Assembly: GCF_009834535.1 (NCBI RefSeq)
Contig: NC_045698.1
Location: 11,596,001 to 11,660,000, forward strand
Source of the DNA: Camelus ferus
Lineage: Eukaryota
Reading direction: 5' to 3'
DNA length: 64,000 bases
Shown here in pieces: positions 13,542 to 25,432 of this stretch. A program made the translations under genes and the position numbers. The notes beneath the pieces are model-generated. The model searched no databases. It saw nothing but the letters and a program-made list of their open reading frames with translations, and had not been told where the DNA came from. How positions within the stretch are numbered: position 1 is the stretch's first letter; each line of letters begins with the position of its first letter.

Positions 13542-14378
13542 TGTGATTATGAGTTGAACTATGTCAGAGCCCCAATACCTCAGAATGTGACTATATTTGG
13601 AAACAGGGCCTTTAGAGAGGTAATTAAGTTAAAATGGGTCTATAAGGGTGGACCATAGTCCAATCTGACTGGTGTCCTTGTGAGAAGAGGTTAGGACACA
13701 TGAGCGAGACACCATGGGCACATGTGCACCGAGGATGGACATCCATAAGCCAAGGAGGGAGACCTGGAACAGATCCTTTCCTTACCTATGACCGCTGACT
13801 GAAAAAAAGGTACAACCTAAAGTTGAAAATTGTATTTTATTCGGAGGATTTTTCTGAGGACTTAAGCCTGAGATGCAACCTCTCAGATCGCTCTGAGGGG
13901 CTGCTCCGAAGAGGCAGTGGAGGAGCCAGGATACATAGCAGTTTTTGCAGCCAAGACCAGGTAGTCGGAACATCAAAAGATAACTGTTAGTGAAAGAAAA
14001 CCAGATATCTCAAGGTAATGAATTTAGCACTTTTCTATGTATGGGGAAATGCAGGCGCCTGGGCTCATTGAAGTCATCCCTCTGACATGCATTTTTACCC
14101 TCTAGGACTAGTCTCCAGGTTCTCTCCTTCCTGAATCCCCCAGGGTGCACGGTTGGGGGCGGCTGCAGTGGCTCAGGGCTTGATGACTGCAACTTCCTTT
14201 GTTTACTGATGTGGCAGGCAATATTTTTCATCCACAGGAGCATCAGAAGAAACCAACTCTACTGGCTCCTTCACTTTGAACTTGCAGTCTCCAGAACTGT
14301 GAGAAAATTAATTTCTGGTGTTTAAGCCCCACACTGGTCTGTGATATTTTGTTATGGCAGCTTGAGCAAACTAATTCA
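13542..14378 (+). mobile_element. MaLR LTR, MLT1B-like, split by an ERV1 LTR
   Basis: CCCAATACCTCAGAATGTGACTATATTTGGAAACAGGGCCTTT...AAGCCAAGGAG...[insert]...CTCCAGAACTGTGAGAAAATTAATTTCTG...GTTATGGCAGC...AAACTAATTCA. Confidence 0.85.
13793..14236 (-). mobile_element. ERV1-class solo LTR, same family as 4390-4831
   Basis: Co-linear similarity with 4390-4831 (ACAACCTAAA...GTTGA, CCAGGTAGTYGGAACATCAAAAGAT, CTGGGCTCATTGAA, CTTTGTTTACTGAT). Same length. No clean TSD seen. Confidence 0.85.
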
Positions 14379-15671
14379 AGTGCTCAATATACTTTTACTA
14401 TACAGAGATGAGAAGGGCAGGGAGGGAAAAATGAATGTGTACCCAGAACACTACAGAAGGAAGGACATGGCTGCAGCTTCCCGCTTGAGCTGACCTCCCT
14501 GGATGACCTCAAGCAGCTGCATCTTTCTGGCACCAGAACAGTATCATTAGATCCTCTTCTTAAGTCAGTGAGGAGATTCTGGGAAGAATCGCAGCTACTT
14601 GCAGGGAGAGGAAAGCAAAGCATCCTTATCGGTATCAATTTATTGACTCATTTTGGAAGGAGACTGAGCTTCAAATCATACCAAAAGGATTACACAAAAC
14701 AAAAGGAGCCCTCATTCCCCCCAGGGCTGGTGTCCATTTGCAAGTGTATAAATCAATAGTGCATTTCCACATGCCTTGTTTCTTTTATGAATGTCTTGAT
14801 TTCTCCAGGCCAAAAAAAACTTATTAGAATCCAGAGGAAAGTGCAACAAGCCTGGACAGTATGCCTTGGCAGCAGTTCCCAGGGACATAGTCAGTGCAAT
14901 CATTAGGCAATACGTTCTCGGTAAGTCACCGACATTGGGAAATGTTTGCAAATGTGTGATTCCTTACTACAGACCCAGTCTGCTGATAGGTGTCATTCTC
15001 CAGTGAGGTCCAGAAGGCAAGGGAAACGTGGCTCAGACCTCTATGCCTCTGCTGTGTCATCTCAAAAACAACAATGGCAAAAATCCCACAGAGATCGAAT
15101 AGTATATTGCTGCCAGTATCTGGATCTTTTTACTGCTAAATGTACTTTCTCCTTTGCTTGTGGCATAGTTTTAAAATCACGTAGTGCAGTTTATGTTTAG
15201 GAGAAATCAGATTATATCTCTATATCCTGAGTCAGAACCCAAAAGCCCGTTGGTTAGCACTGGACTGCCACAGGCTAGGTATGTGACATTTTAAGTACTT
15301 CATTAGTCTGGGACCATGTTCCCTGGGGCTTTCTTCTAACGAAGGGTATTATGGGTGCTTTCCAAATATTCAGTTGTTTTAAATCATTGTTATTAAACGT
15401 AGGCAGGTTGTATAAGGAAGAGTAGCCTATGGTTTTAGATCATACCTTTGAAATCTTCCAGTCCAGGAGTGGAAAATAGGTTTTGTTTCAGTTAACCTGT
15501 ACCAATTAATCGTAGCTAACTGGAGCATGATGTGGAAAATGTCCCAAGGTCAAGTGTGGGCTCAACAGGAAATCATGCGATGATTGGTACTGATGTCTGT
15601 TGTGGGCACAAGATTGGAGAGAGGTAGAAAAGACATGCTAGGTATTTTCTGCCTCTAAATCTAATAACTTT

Positions 15672-15780
15672 CTTCTTATAGATGAGGAAACTGAGCTCCA
15701 AAAACGTTAAATGCTTCTCTCAAGATGACGTAATTAGCTAGCAAAAATGCCAAGGTCAGAATCAATACATCTTGACTCCC
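15672..15780 (-). mobile_element. MIR SINE fragment
   Basis: TTATAGATGAGGAAACTGAG core. Confidence 0.75.
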
Positions 15781-16835
15781 TTCCTACTACACCATTGAAA
15801 AAAGTCCTGGAAGCATGAATATACTTAGTAACCAGATGGTAACCGCTGGTCTTCATTCTCTTCATTTGCCAATGAAGCTGTAATGCAGAAAGCAGTGCTA
15901 AAAAGCCTCCACTGCCTAACACATATACATCCATCCTCCCCTCAAGGGCATACTTACTTTGCATTTACTTAGAGATTTTACTCCTGAGACTCTTTTCATG
16001 TCAGGAATTCTGAGAAAAAGTTTGCCTCTAGGTACTATTTAGTCATCTGTCAACTGCGTAAAGTGATACCTGAAGTCTAAAGTCTGCATCTTGAATTTAA
16101 GTCTTTAAGGCCCTTTGAGTTCTTGACAAAAAGCAATCCAAAAATGAAAATTTCTTTTGTTATCAATATACTAGAAATAGGTTAGAAAATATTAATGCAC
16201 TTATGTAAACATAAAATGTTCTGCACTTGAATTTGGAACTCTATAGGGGGAAATTTTTTGAGAAAAGATAAAAACAATAGTGAACCTTTTTGAAGGAACA
16301 AGAGTAAGGAGTTAAATTCTAATTCCTTGTAGCAATTATCTTTCCCCTTGGGGAAGGACATTAAGAACTTTTGTTCTGCAATGCCATCTATTTTTTATTG
16401 CGCCAATGAACATCTTTCCAAACTGCCACTATTCATCGCTTTTAAATAAGAATAGATGAGTTTGAAAAGATATGAAGATTCATTAGTTCCAGTTCTAAAT
16501 ATTGCAGGTGAAATTATTTCCATCCACTGCAGCCTAGAGCAGACTCAGTGAGGAGTCACAAAATACCCTTGAAAATTATATTTTCAAAGAAACGTGGCCA
16601 CTGTTTGGACAAATGTAAAGTCAACACGGCACGGGCCCTCTGTTCATTAACCCAGCCTTCTGTGCCTCCTGCAGATAAAGACTGACATTTGATCACGCAC
16701 GAAGGGGTCCTTGCTATAAATGGAGAATAGCCAAAAAGCTGAGCGAGGTGGAGTTTGATATTGATAAGAGAGTTTAAACGAAGTTCTGTAGTTAGTAGAA
16801 AAGTACTATTAAGATCCACTTTCTTTCAATCACTT

Positions 16836-17283
16836 TATCCATGGAAAAAATAATCAGTAGTCAATCTAAAAAGGAAATGGAAAATTTTATTTGCACAAAA
16901 CTGAGGAGTATAACCCAGGAGACGGTCTCTCAGAGAGCTCTGAGAACTGCTCCAAAGAGGTAGTGCGGGAGGTCAGTATGCATGTGATTTAGTGAAGGGG
17001 GTCCATGCAGTCAAGCACACATGTAGGCAGAAGTTTGCTGCAGCTAATGGTTTTAGTGCTTTTCTAAGTATGGGAAGATGCAAGAATCCAGGCTCAGAAA
17101 ATATTTCTCTTGAAAATTTCTAACTGTCTGAAGGTCTGCTCTGTCAGTTTGCTCAGAGCACAGAAACTCATCCTGATCTGGATCTCAATCCAGAATTCCT
17201 TTCATGGTGCATTGCAGGCCAGTGACTGCAGTGACTAATGACTTAATTCTTACTGAACTGGATGGTGGGCAACATTCCTTATA
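16836..17283 (-). mobile_element. ERV1-class LTR (related, more diverged subfamily), apparently a 3' LTR with adjacent polypurine tract
   Basis: Shares CTGAGGA...CCCAGGAGAC...CTCTCAGA...CTGCTCCAAAGAGG and TTTAGTGCTTTTCTAAG with the other two LTRs. About 448 bp. Abutted by minus-strand AAAAGCGAAGGGAT (17284-17297). Confidence 0.75.
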
Positions 17284-18110
17284 ATCCCTTCGCTTTTGGT
17301 CTTAATTTTGACCAAGATTTGGAAGGCATTTCATGACTAATTTGTTCCATGACACCAAGAATGCTCACTCCCAGGTCAAGGAAGGAATTCATTGATAAGC
17401 CACCTGATGTGCAATTACTAGACTAGGCTTTGTTAACAGTAGCCCCAAATCTCTGGATGCTCTGTCTTACTAGCCTGTCATGGTCCAGGAAATGGTTCTC
17501 TCTTATTGCTTCTTCCCATATCTAGATTTACACTATTACAATCATTGATCTTATAAAACTATATATTTGACCAGTTGCTTCAAGTTCCATAGTCATTAAT
17601 TTAATCTGAGGCTCAGTCACATATTTGGTAGTGCAAGAAACAATAATCTTATAAAATAAGCAGACTATAAATAATATAGCTAGTAATATTAATAAGGTCA
17701 TAAGTAAGATTTAATCTAAGAACTTCCATTAAGTGCAGCCCAGTATCTCCCCAGTCATCTGACCAGTCTGTTCTGCACTATCTTTAAGGGAAATGATATA
17801 TTGGCATTGTAAATAAAGTTCAGCAAAGATGTTTATATGTACAGAGTGAATGGTGGATCATTGTGACCTCTTACAGGACTGAGAAAGGAATGTTATCTTC
17901 TGAGGAGTCAGATGGCTGGGGCCAGAAGGGAAAAAAAAAAAAAGATCTTTATGGTAGATCAGGTATTTTTGCCATTGAGGAGGTCTGGTCAATGCATAAT
18001 ACAGATGCACAATGCACACCAGAGGGGAGGGAGGATGCCCAAGTGTGCAGAAAAAAATTATGCTTAAATTTTTCTTGCCTTGCCTTAAAATGTGGATTTT
18101 TATTTCATCA
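17284..18110 (-). mobile_element. ERV1 internal remnant or long-LTR extension with Env-TM-like micro-ORF
   Basis: Continues from the PPT. Minus-strand ORF 17528-17701 has a hydrophobic anchor. The segment begins TGATGAAATAAAAA at 18110. Confidence 0.55.
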
Positions 18111-18699
18111 GCATTAACCTCCAGAAGATAATAACTGAGGCAGTATTTACTCTTGGGGAAAAGCTGGCATGAGGAGCCATGAGTTCTAATGAGCACCCTT
18201 CTGTCCAGCATTGTGATTGGTGATTTACATTTGTTGACATATTAGTTGTCACAACAGCCCAAAGGGATAGATGGCTGAAGTGGATTGAAGTACTTCAGTG
18301 CCCTAGAAACGTAAGTAGAAATGCCCCCTTGACTCCTTTCTACTAGGCCAAACCAAAGGCTGTTTTGAGCCATGTTTGGTGACCAAGCCATATCTCTCAG
18401 CATCCCAAGTCTTTTGAAATTTTTCTTTCAAAATAGCCAAACCTCTACCATGGCAGCCATCTGGTCTACCTCCTCCACCACATGCCCAGCCCCTGAATAG
18501 GAATACTTAATTCTCCCATACACAGGAAGTGCTAGTCCTACATACTTTCTTGGGGTGGTGTTTTGAGCTTGTCTGATAATGAAAAAGAATATGAAAACAA
18601 ATAAGACACAATAAGAATAAGACACAACTGGAGAGGGACTACTGGGCCTCACTTACTACGTTTACTTCATCTTGCCCTTCACTCGGCTTTGTTACTTAT

Positions 18700-18825
18700 A
18701 TGGCTGAGGGCAAGAACTGTGTCATGCAGCCTGAATCCCCATGGCATCCAGCCTGATGCCTTGCACACAGTAGGCGCTCTGCAGTTGTGACTAGAGTGAC
18801 CAACCGATTAAATGAATTAATGGGC
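18700..18825 (+). mobile_element. L2 3' tail fragment
   Basis: GAGGGCAAGAACTGTGTC...GAATCCCCATGGCATCCAGCCTGATGCCTTGCACACAGTAGGCGCTC. Confidence 0.7.
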
Positions 18826-19929
18826 GAACAATAGCTCACTGATGGGGTGACCTCAGCTGCCAATCCTTCCCTCCCTTTTACTTGCCCTTTAGCATGTGAT
18901 CCACTTCCCTTCCCTCTCCTACTGCCCACCTGACCTTCCCTCCACTGTGTCGCCCTCCACTGATTGACGTGCTACAGTGTAACGAGGGGCCAAACAGAAT
19001 GACTCAACGCGGTATTACGTCTGCATCGCCTGTGACCTTGCTCCTTCGTTATTTGCTCACTGCCAGTCTGAGTGGCTCAGCACCTGGCTTAATGGAAGTA
19101 GTGTTTATAGTGTATATAATGCTTCACATGGATATATATCTTTATATAAAATAAATTTTTAAAAACTCTCCCGCAGCCTCTCATTTCCTTGACACAGGAC
19201 CTTCTGGGGCCAGCAAGATGCACCTCATGGGTCTTATAGGAAGTAAAGGTGACTTAACCACACAGCTAGTTAAGCTGGTTAGTCATGTCCCAATATTCCT
19301 TTCACTGGACCACCAATCTCTTCTTCTGTTGCTGGCTGACCTTGTTGCTGTCCTCAGGGAAAAGGCTTACCACTAATGATGCAGTTGTAATATAGTACAA
19401 TGGATGCTGATAAACTTGACCATGGCTTCTAAAAGTGCACTCTGGTGGATTTTTTAGCTCACTGGCTTTGAAGTACTTGTGGAAGCATATTTTTGTTATG
19501 AACAATTACCTGAAATAATTAATACTTTTAAAATCCCACCTCACTGAAATCTCATCAAAAATGAACACTCCCCATTCATTCATTTGTGAGGATTTGGGGG
19601 GATGGAGGTAGCATAAGAACCAAGTATTGTAGAGGCTTCTAGAGGTCTTCTGCTCCAATGACGTGTCCATTCCTGAAAACGTCCTTAAAGCAATTACTCA
19701 GTTGGCATGGCTGGAGCCCCCAGACCAGGTAAGCAGCTGATGACCAAGGCGATCCCTTTTGCGAGATGAGGAAGTTTGTCCCAGAAGAAGTGATGGGTAA
19801 AAGGATGTTCAGTGGGAGAAAGAGGAGAGATACAGTAAAGACATGGGCTGAGGGGTGTTGAATTGTTGGGTCCAGTAGGGTACCAATTTGCTATACACAT
19901 CTGTAAGAACCACGTGGACCATTAGGCAT

Positions 19930-20185
19930 TGTTTTTTATTTAATTTTTTTGCCCTTTTAAAAAAATTGAAGTATGGTCAATTTACAACATTGTATCAATT
20001 TCTGGTGTGCAGCATAATGTTTCAGCCATACATATACACACATATATTCCTTTTCATATTCTTCTTCATAAGAGGTTACTGCAATATATTGAATATAGTT
20101 TCCTGTGCTATACAGTATAAACTTATTGTTTATTTATTTTATATATAGTAATGTGTATCTGCAAATCTCAAATACCCAATTTATT
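19930..20185 (-). mobile_element. Young L1 3' end (same type as 7644-8084)
   Basis: ATTGAAGTATGGTCAATTTACAAC...GGTTACTGCAATATATTGAATATAGTTTCCTGTGCTATACAGTA...GCAAATCTCAAA. Confidence 0.85.
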
Positions 20186-20254
20186 AACTTATTTTTAATT
20201 ATTTAAAAATCATTTTCTTCTGAATCCATTTTCCTGTGTGTCAGGAGGGTAAAC

Positions 20255-20445
20255 TGACAGATTTACTACTTGTTAGCTATGTGACCCAGGAAAAAGTTTT
20301 TAATTTCTCTGAGCCTCATATTTCCACTTTTGTGAAATAGAGAGATATTGACCTGCCACACAGCATTGCTGTGAGGACAAAATGAGATGATCTATATAAA
20401 GCATCTAGGACAGTGCTTGGCACAGAATAGTTGCTCAGTAATTTA
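20255..20445 (+). mobile_element. MIR SINE
   Basis: TAGCTATGTGACCCAGG...TTTCTCTGAGCCTC...GTGAGGACAAAATGAGATGAT...AAAGCATCTAGGACAGTGCTTGGCACAG. Confidence 0.85.
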
Positions 20446-20577
20446 TTGTCTGGTGGATTCTCAGGTGCTTCCATCCCTTATGCCAAACATACATATTTCC
20501 AACAACTGTCTTGATCCCCAAGGTCTTAATCTCTTGGAAATACTCTTGTAATCTTCTCTTCAGTCTGTAGACACAAT

Positions 20578-20766
20578 TAGATAGACGATAGATAGATAGG
20601 TAGATAGATAATAGATAAATAGACAAACAGATAATAAATAGGTAGACATAGAAATGAAAGATAAATGGATAGATGAGTAGAGAGACATGGAGAGAGAAAT
20701 ATACATACATGCATACAATGATGGAGAGATGGGGAGAGAGAGAGAGACATGGGAAGATAGAGAGAG
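20578..20766 (+). repeat. Degenerate (GATA)n/(GA)n low-complexity tract
   Basis: Directly visible. Confidence 0.85.
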
Positions 20767-21594
20767 AATTGAAATATTGTTCTTGACTCACCTACATTCC
20801 CATGAGATGTCATAATTTAATGGCTCTGTATCCAAAGCCTGAGTAATTGCAAATGATGTTTGGACTTAGGAGGTTGCAGTGTAGGCCCTGGATATTTATA
20901 CTTCCTTCTTGTTACTGAGTAATGAGACATCACAAGAAAATGGAGGTCATGGATAAAGAAAGAAAAACTTTAAACCTACTCAGATACTAAAAATGGGCTC
21001 AAATAAAAAATGGAGAACAAAGAACGTATATTTCCCCCACTCTGTACATCCCCAACTCCACTGTAACTTCAATGAATGCTTCCTCCCCTCACCCCCACAC
21101 CTCCTCTCCCTGCCAAAGGCACTCATGACCTCAGGTTTTACTGTGTATCTGGGAGCTAACTAAACTTACTGTTTATATGGAACCTAGGGGAACTAAGGTT
21201 TACACTGAGTGCATAGGGGTAGGGGCTGTAAGGGGTAGGTTCCTGGAAGAAAGAGCATGGGAGGGCAGACTCCATCGACATGGATAGCCTAGATGTCCTG
21301 GAATAACCACCCTCATCTCATACACTTCAAACTGGGAAGACTCTCAGGCAATGACATACTCATCGGCCATTATCAATGGACAAAGAAATGGCTTTGAAAA
21401 CTTTGAAAAGAGTGGACCCAATATATGTTGCTGACTTGGAACAAACTTAAAACAGGATTTATGCCCATTGATGGAACTGGCTCAGTTCTTCCAGCCAGAT
21501 CCCTGGGGAAAAAAAAATTTCATTCCCAAACTTTTCAGGAATCAAGAACTCATTGTAGCCACAAAATATTTCATCCCCCCAACTCTGTAATTAT

Positions 21595-21780
21595 AATTGT
21601 AGCTAAATTTTAGAAGACCTATCATGTGCTTTCTGTGTATTAATTCAGTTCATGAGACAAAAAACCCAAGGCACAGGGAAATGAAAGGAGCTTGCCCAAA
21701 GTCATGTCAGGGGAGCTGAGCTGAGCTGTGATTCAGGCAGCCTGGCTCCATAGTTACTGCTTTAAACAGCTAAGCCATCC
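21595..21780 (-). mobile_element. MIR SINE fragment
   Basis: CCAAGGCACAGGGAAATGAAAGGAGCTTGCCCAAAGTCA...CAGGCAGCCTGGCTCCA. Confidence 0.65.
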
Positions 21781-22914
21781 TATCTCCTGACTGTAGGTGT
21801 ACTTTTACTGCAAAACAAGTCCCAGGAGGACAAGAGAGTTCCATGCATCCAGTATGATTTAAAAATTTTTAAATTCATATAGTTGAAAATATGGTGTATC
21901 TGCAGCATTGTTTTTTCAATCCACAAACATCACCTGAAGTAGCACATGGGTGTGCAGACTCCTTATCATGACCTCCCTCGCCCTGGCAATGCGTGGGCAG
22001 ATCCCTGCCCTCTGACCCCACGGCCCCGGAAGTTTATCATCTCAAAGCCTATCATACTCTTGGACATATACTTATGTCTGTATATTGGTCCTGTCCTTGG
22101 GATCAGGGGCTGTGTCTTCTTCGTTATTGAAATTCAAGTACCCACCAAGTCTTACCCGTAATAGGTGCTCAGTGAATAGTTTTGGAGTTAACGAATGCAC
22201 AGTTCTGTATCCAGCTCCTCCCTGAGGGTATTAGCAAGTACAGTTGATTTGGAAACAACTGGCTTAGACTGTGTTATGGATGGTAACGCCAGGTCTTTTG
22301 AGAGAGGACTCTCAAAGAGAAGTAGGGCTGTGCAAGTGCTCCCCCTAGAGGGACCAGGATAAAAAGCATGACACAAAGTTGGTTCCAGGAGCCCTTTTCC
22401 AGGACCTCTGATAAAGCGGCTGTTTGGGGATGGTAACGGACATCACGGTCAGCGGGAGACGAGTGGTCAGTGTTAGCCAACATTGTCCATGGAGATGGCA
22501 GCGTCTTTGGCCAGTCCTGATCTGAGGCTGACGCAGTCATGACTTTCATGTGGAACTTAGGACGGAGTAAGAAACACCTTCCCCAAGATCATGAGGACCA
22601 CACTGGCTGCCCAAAGGATGAACCAGATGGACCTGGGGTGTGGTCAGGCTGCCCAGGCTGCTGTCTCCCGACTGGCTGTGTAACAGAGGTTTGCACTTCA
22701 GGTCATATTCTGGCCAACTCCCTGGGAAATTTGCCCTTACAGGCTCCTTCCAAGGGCAAGTTAGAAAGATTTCTGGAGGTGTTCTATCCAGGAGTTATTT
22801 AGGTGGAGATAAACATGACCTCCATGGAAATTCCTAAATGAGTATTACAGCCATAACCAAACATATAGTTAATGAGTCTGTCTTATTCAGGAAAGCACCA
22901 CAGTAATTCACGGA

Positions 22915-23120
22915 GGCGGTATGGCTTGGTGGTTAAAGGCATCAGCTTTGTAGTCAGATGGGCAAGGGTTTACTCCCATCAAAGCCCTTTAATAGCATTT
23001 TGACCTCACTTGGGCAAATACATTCTCTTACTGAACAATTATTTGACAGGGTTGTTTTGAAGATTAAATGACAAAGTATCTAAAACACTTAGTATAGGAA
23101 CTGGCACATATTAAAACCGT
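22915..23120 (+). mobile_element. MIR SINE
   Basis: GGCGGTATGGCTTGGTGGTTAAAGGCATCAGCTTTGTAGTCAGA...GGGTTGTTTTGAAGATTAAATGA...CTGGCACATA. Confidence 0.8.
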
Positions 23121-25328
23121 ATTAGAATAGGAGCTAATAAGCCCATAAGGGTATAACTGTGACATTTAAAGGAAAAGCTATGACGGTTTTTCCTAAGACC
23201 CTAGGTGGGACACACTCATTGCTAATTAGAATGAATAAAAATAGACACTGGAAAATTTCAAGTTTGGCTTTACGAGTACAATATGGGACCTTGTTGGGCA
23301 ACGGGAGACTGGGGTTTGTACTCTGAGAGGCAGGCGGGAGCTTTTCATTCTCAGCTCTTGGGTCTACCCGATGGGGGACGTGGGGGCTTTTAAACAGTCC
23401 CTTCTCACTCTAAGAAGCAGCTAAGAAATCCCAGAGGGCCCAGCCTGAGCCCAGGATGGAACAAAAGAGAGTTCCCCAGAGGGAGCAGGGTCTGTTTTGT
23501 ATCATTAAAAAAGAGCCATGAGAATTGGCTCTCAATTACTGATGCTGAGAGGGTGGTTTTGGCCCTGCATGGGATTATATATGCAAAGAGCATCATTTCT
23601 TCTTTATGAAAGCATTTGTGTCCTGCCTGCAAAGTGCCCACCACTACGATGGGTTGAGAGAGGTGGATAGACAGAGACAGGAATACAGAGAACTTTCCTA
23701 AGTAGTGTACCACAATGGTGGGGTATATCAAGGAGGACTCGGCTCTAATCCTTGCTCAGAATGTGTATTCTGAGTTGATAGCATCCGTGTCCTTCTCTGT
23801 CATCTGACAGTCCGCTCGCCTTGGCACCACCACTTGTGACCTTGGGTAGCTTCTCTTTACAAAACGAACCCTGAAGCCCAGCCGGTACACTCAGCAAAAC
23901 AGCACATGTCAGCCATTGCACAGTAGAACATTAAACTTCTCAAAAATGAGGAACATATAAAAAAAAGGAAGGGCAGTGTGTTGGATATGCACACAGAGTC
24001 AACCTTTTGATTTCTGGGTAGAAATAAATCAAAAGCAGACGTTTCCCTTGATCGTAGATGAGGCAGTGCCTGGAGCTGCCTAACGGCAGGTTGCTGAGAG
24101 TGAAGCGCGCAGAAGATCCAATTGTAAGCTGGCTGACCACAGAACACGACTGGATTCACTTACTGCTAATTAGGATGAATAAAGAGAGACAGTGGGAGAT
24201 GGGAAGCTTGGAATTATGGGTAGTAAAAACCACTTGATGGGCGGAAACCAATTTTTCCTGGTGATTTGGAAAACCGCTGTGTATAGTGTCAGCTCCGTTA
24301 CTTATGCCCTGAAATTTGCAAGCAGTAAGAACCACCAGTATTTCTGATAAAACTACACTCCGGGAAGCTCAGTGTGAAGGGGTTTTGGGGGTCCAAGCTG
24401 GGAAGAGTGAGTGAGTTGGCTCCCCATCAAAGAAGGGGCCTTCTGTTCCTGGCCTGTAGGCAAAGATATTTTTTCTTTTCCTCCGGATGATAGAACGCAC
24501 ACCACTGAACAGGCCTCTGGATACTGTCAGCCGAGGCTGGCGTGATGGCCAAATAGCCCTCTTGATTATTGATCTTTTTATTTGTACCTCCTGGTGCTAT
24601 AACTTCTCCATCTCAGGGTGAGCGCCCTCGTCCTTCACGCTATTCAGAAAAGAAATGAACTGCTAGGCTCATGCAAGCAGTTCCTACAGGGGCAACTGTA
24701 GGGAGGGGCAGGGCTGGGAAAACCCAGCTAGGCATAGCTCCGGTTAGAAACGTACAGGGCTCTTTGTGGGAATTCTCCCCCTGTGACATTGGAACAGCCC
24801 TTTCCCCAGCGCTCTGGCCAGCGGTGAGATGGGAGAGTTATTTTCGTCTTAATTCTATTTAGGGGATTGGAGTGTTTTGAAGAGAGGGAGAGTTTTGCCG
24901 TGCATTTTAAATTGATAACAGATGGATTTTCTTTGTATCATTTTTGAACGGTTTTCTCTAAATAAGTTCTAAAGGTAGGATGCACATATTGACCAAAGAT
25001 CAAAGGATGTTGAATTAATATTTATTATTAATTAATGTCATTAAGCAACTAGGATGACAAATCTTTCTGTATTCAGGTGTCATTTTGGGTAAATGGCTTC
25101 AATTCTTCATTTTTCTTCTTTTTTTTTTCCCTTGGTGCTTCTATGATGTATCTGAGACAGAAATCCTGACAGGGTAGGGATCACAGAATGAATCTACAAA
25201 TAGATTTTCCACATCTCTGCTCAGGTGCATTTTTTTGGAGAATATTTTGCAATAATGATAAATGACTTTTATTTCAAATTAATTTCAGGAGTAATTGCAA
25301 TGATGAATGTATTTGTGTGTGGGTGTTT

Positions 25329-25432
25329 GAGAGAGAGAGGGAGAGAAAGAGAGGAAACAGAGAGACAGAGAGAGACAGAGAGACAGAGTCACACATAGAG
25401 GGAAAGAGAGAGAGTGAGAAAGAGAAAGAGAA
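25329..25432 (+). repeat. (GA)n-rich purine tract
   Basis: Directly visible. Confidence 0.9.

Noticed and set aside
4390..14236. Two same-family, same-orientation LTRs ~9.8 kb end to end, resembling a full provirus
   Set aside because: The left LTR has its own GAGA TSD on both sides, the right one sits inside an MLT1B, and the interval holds much older MIR and L1MA sequence with no gag/pol/env. They are independent solo LTRs.
20435..20813. Hydrophobic ORFs (LSIYLSIY...)
   Set aside because: Translation of degenerate (TATC)n/(TC)n microsatellite.
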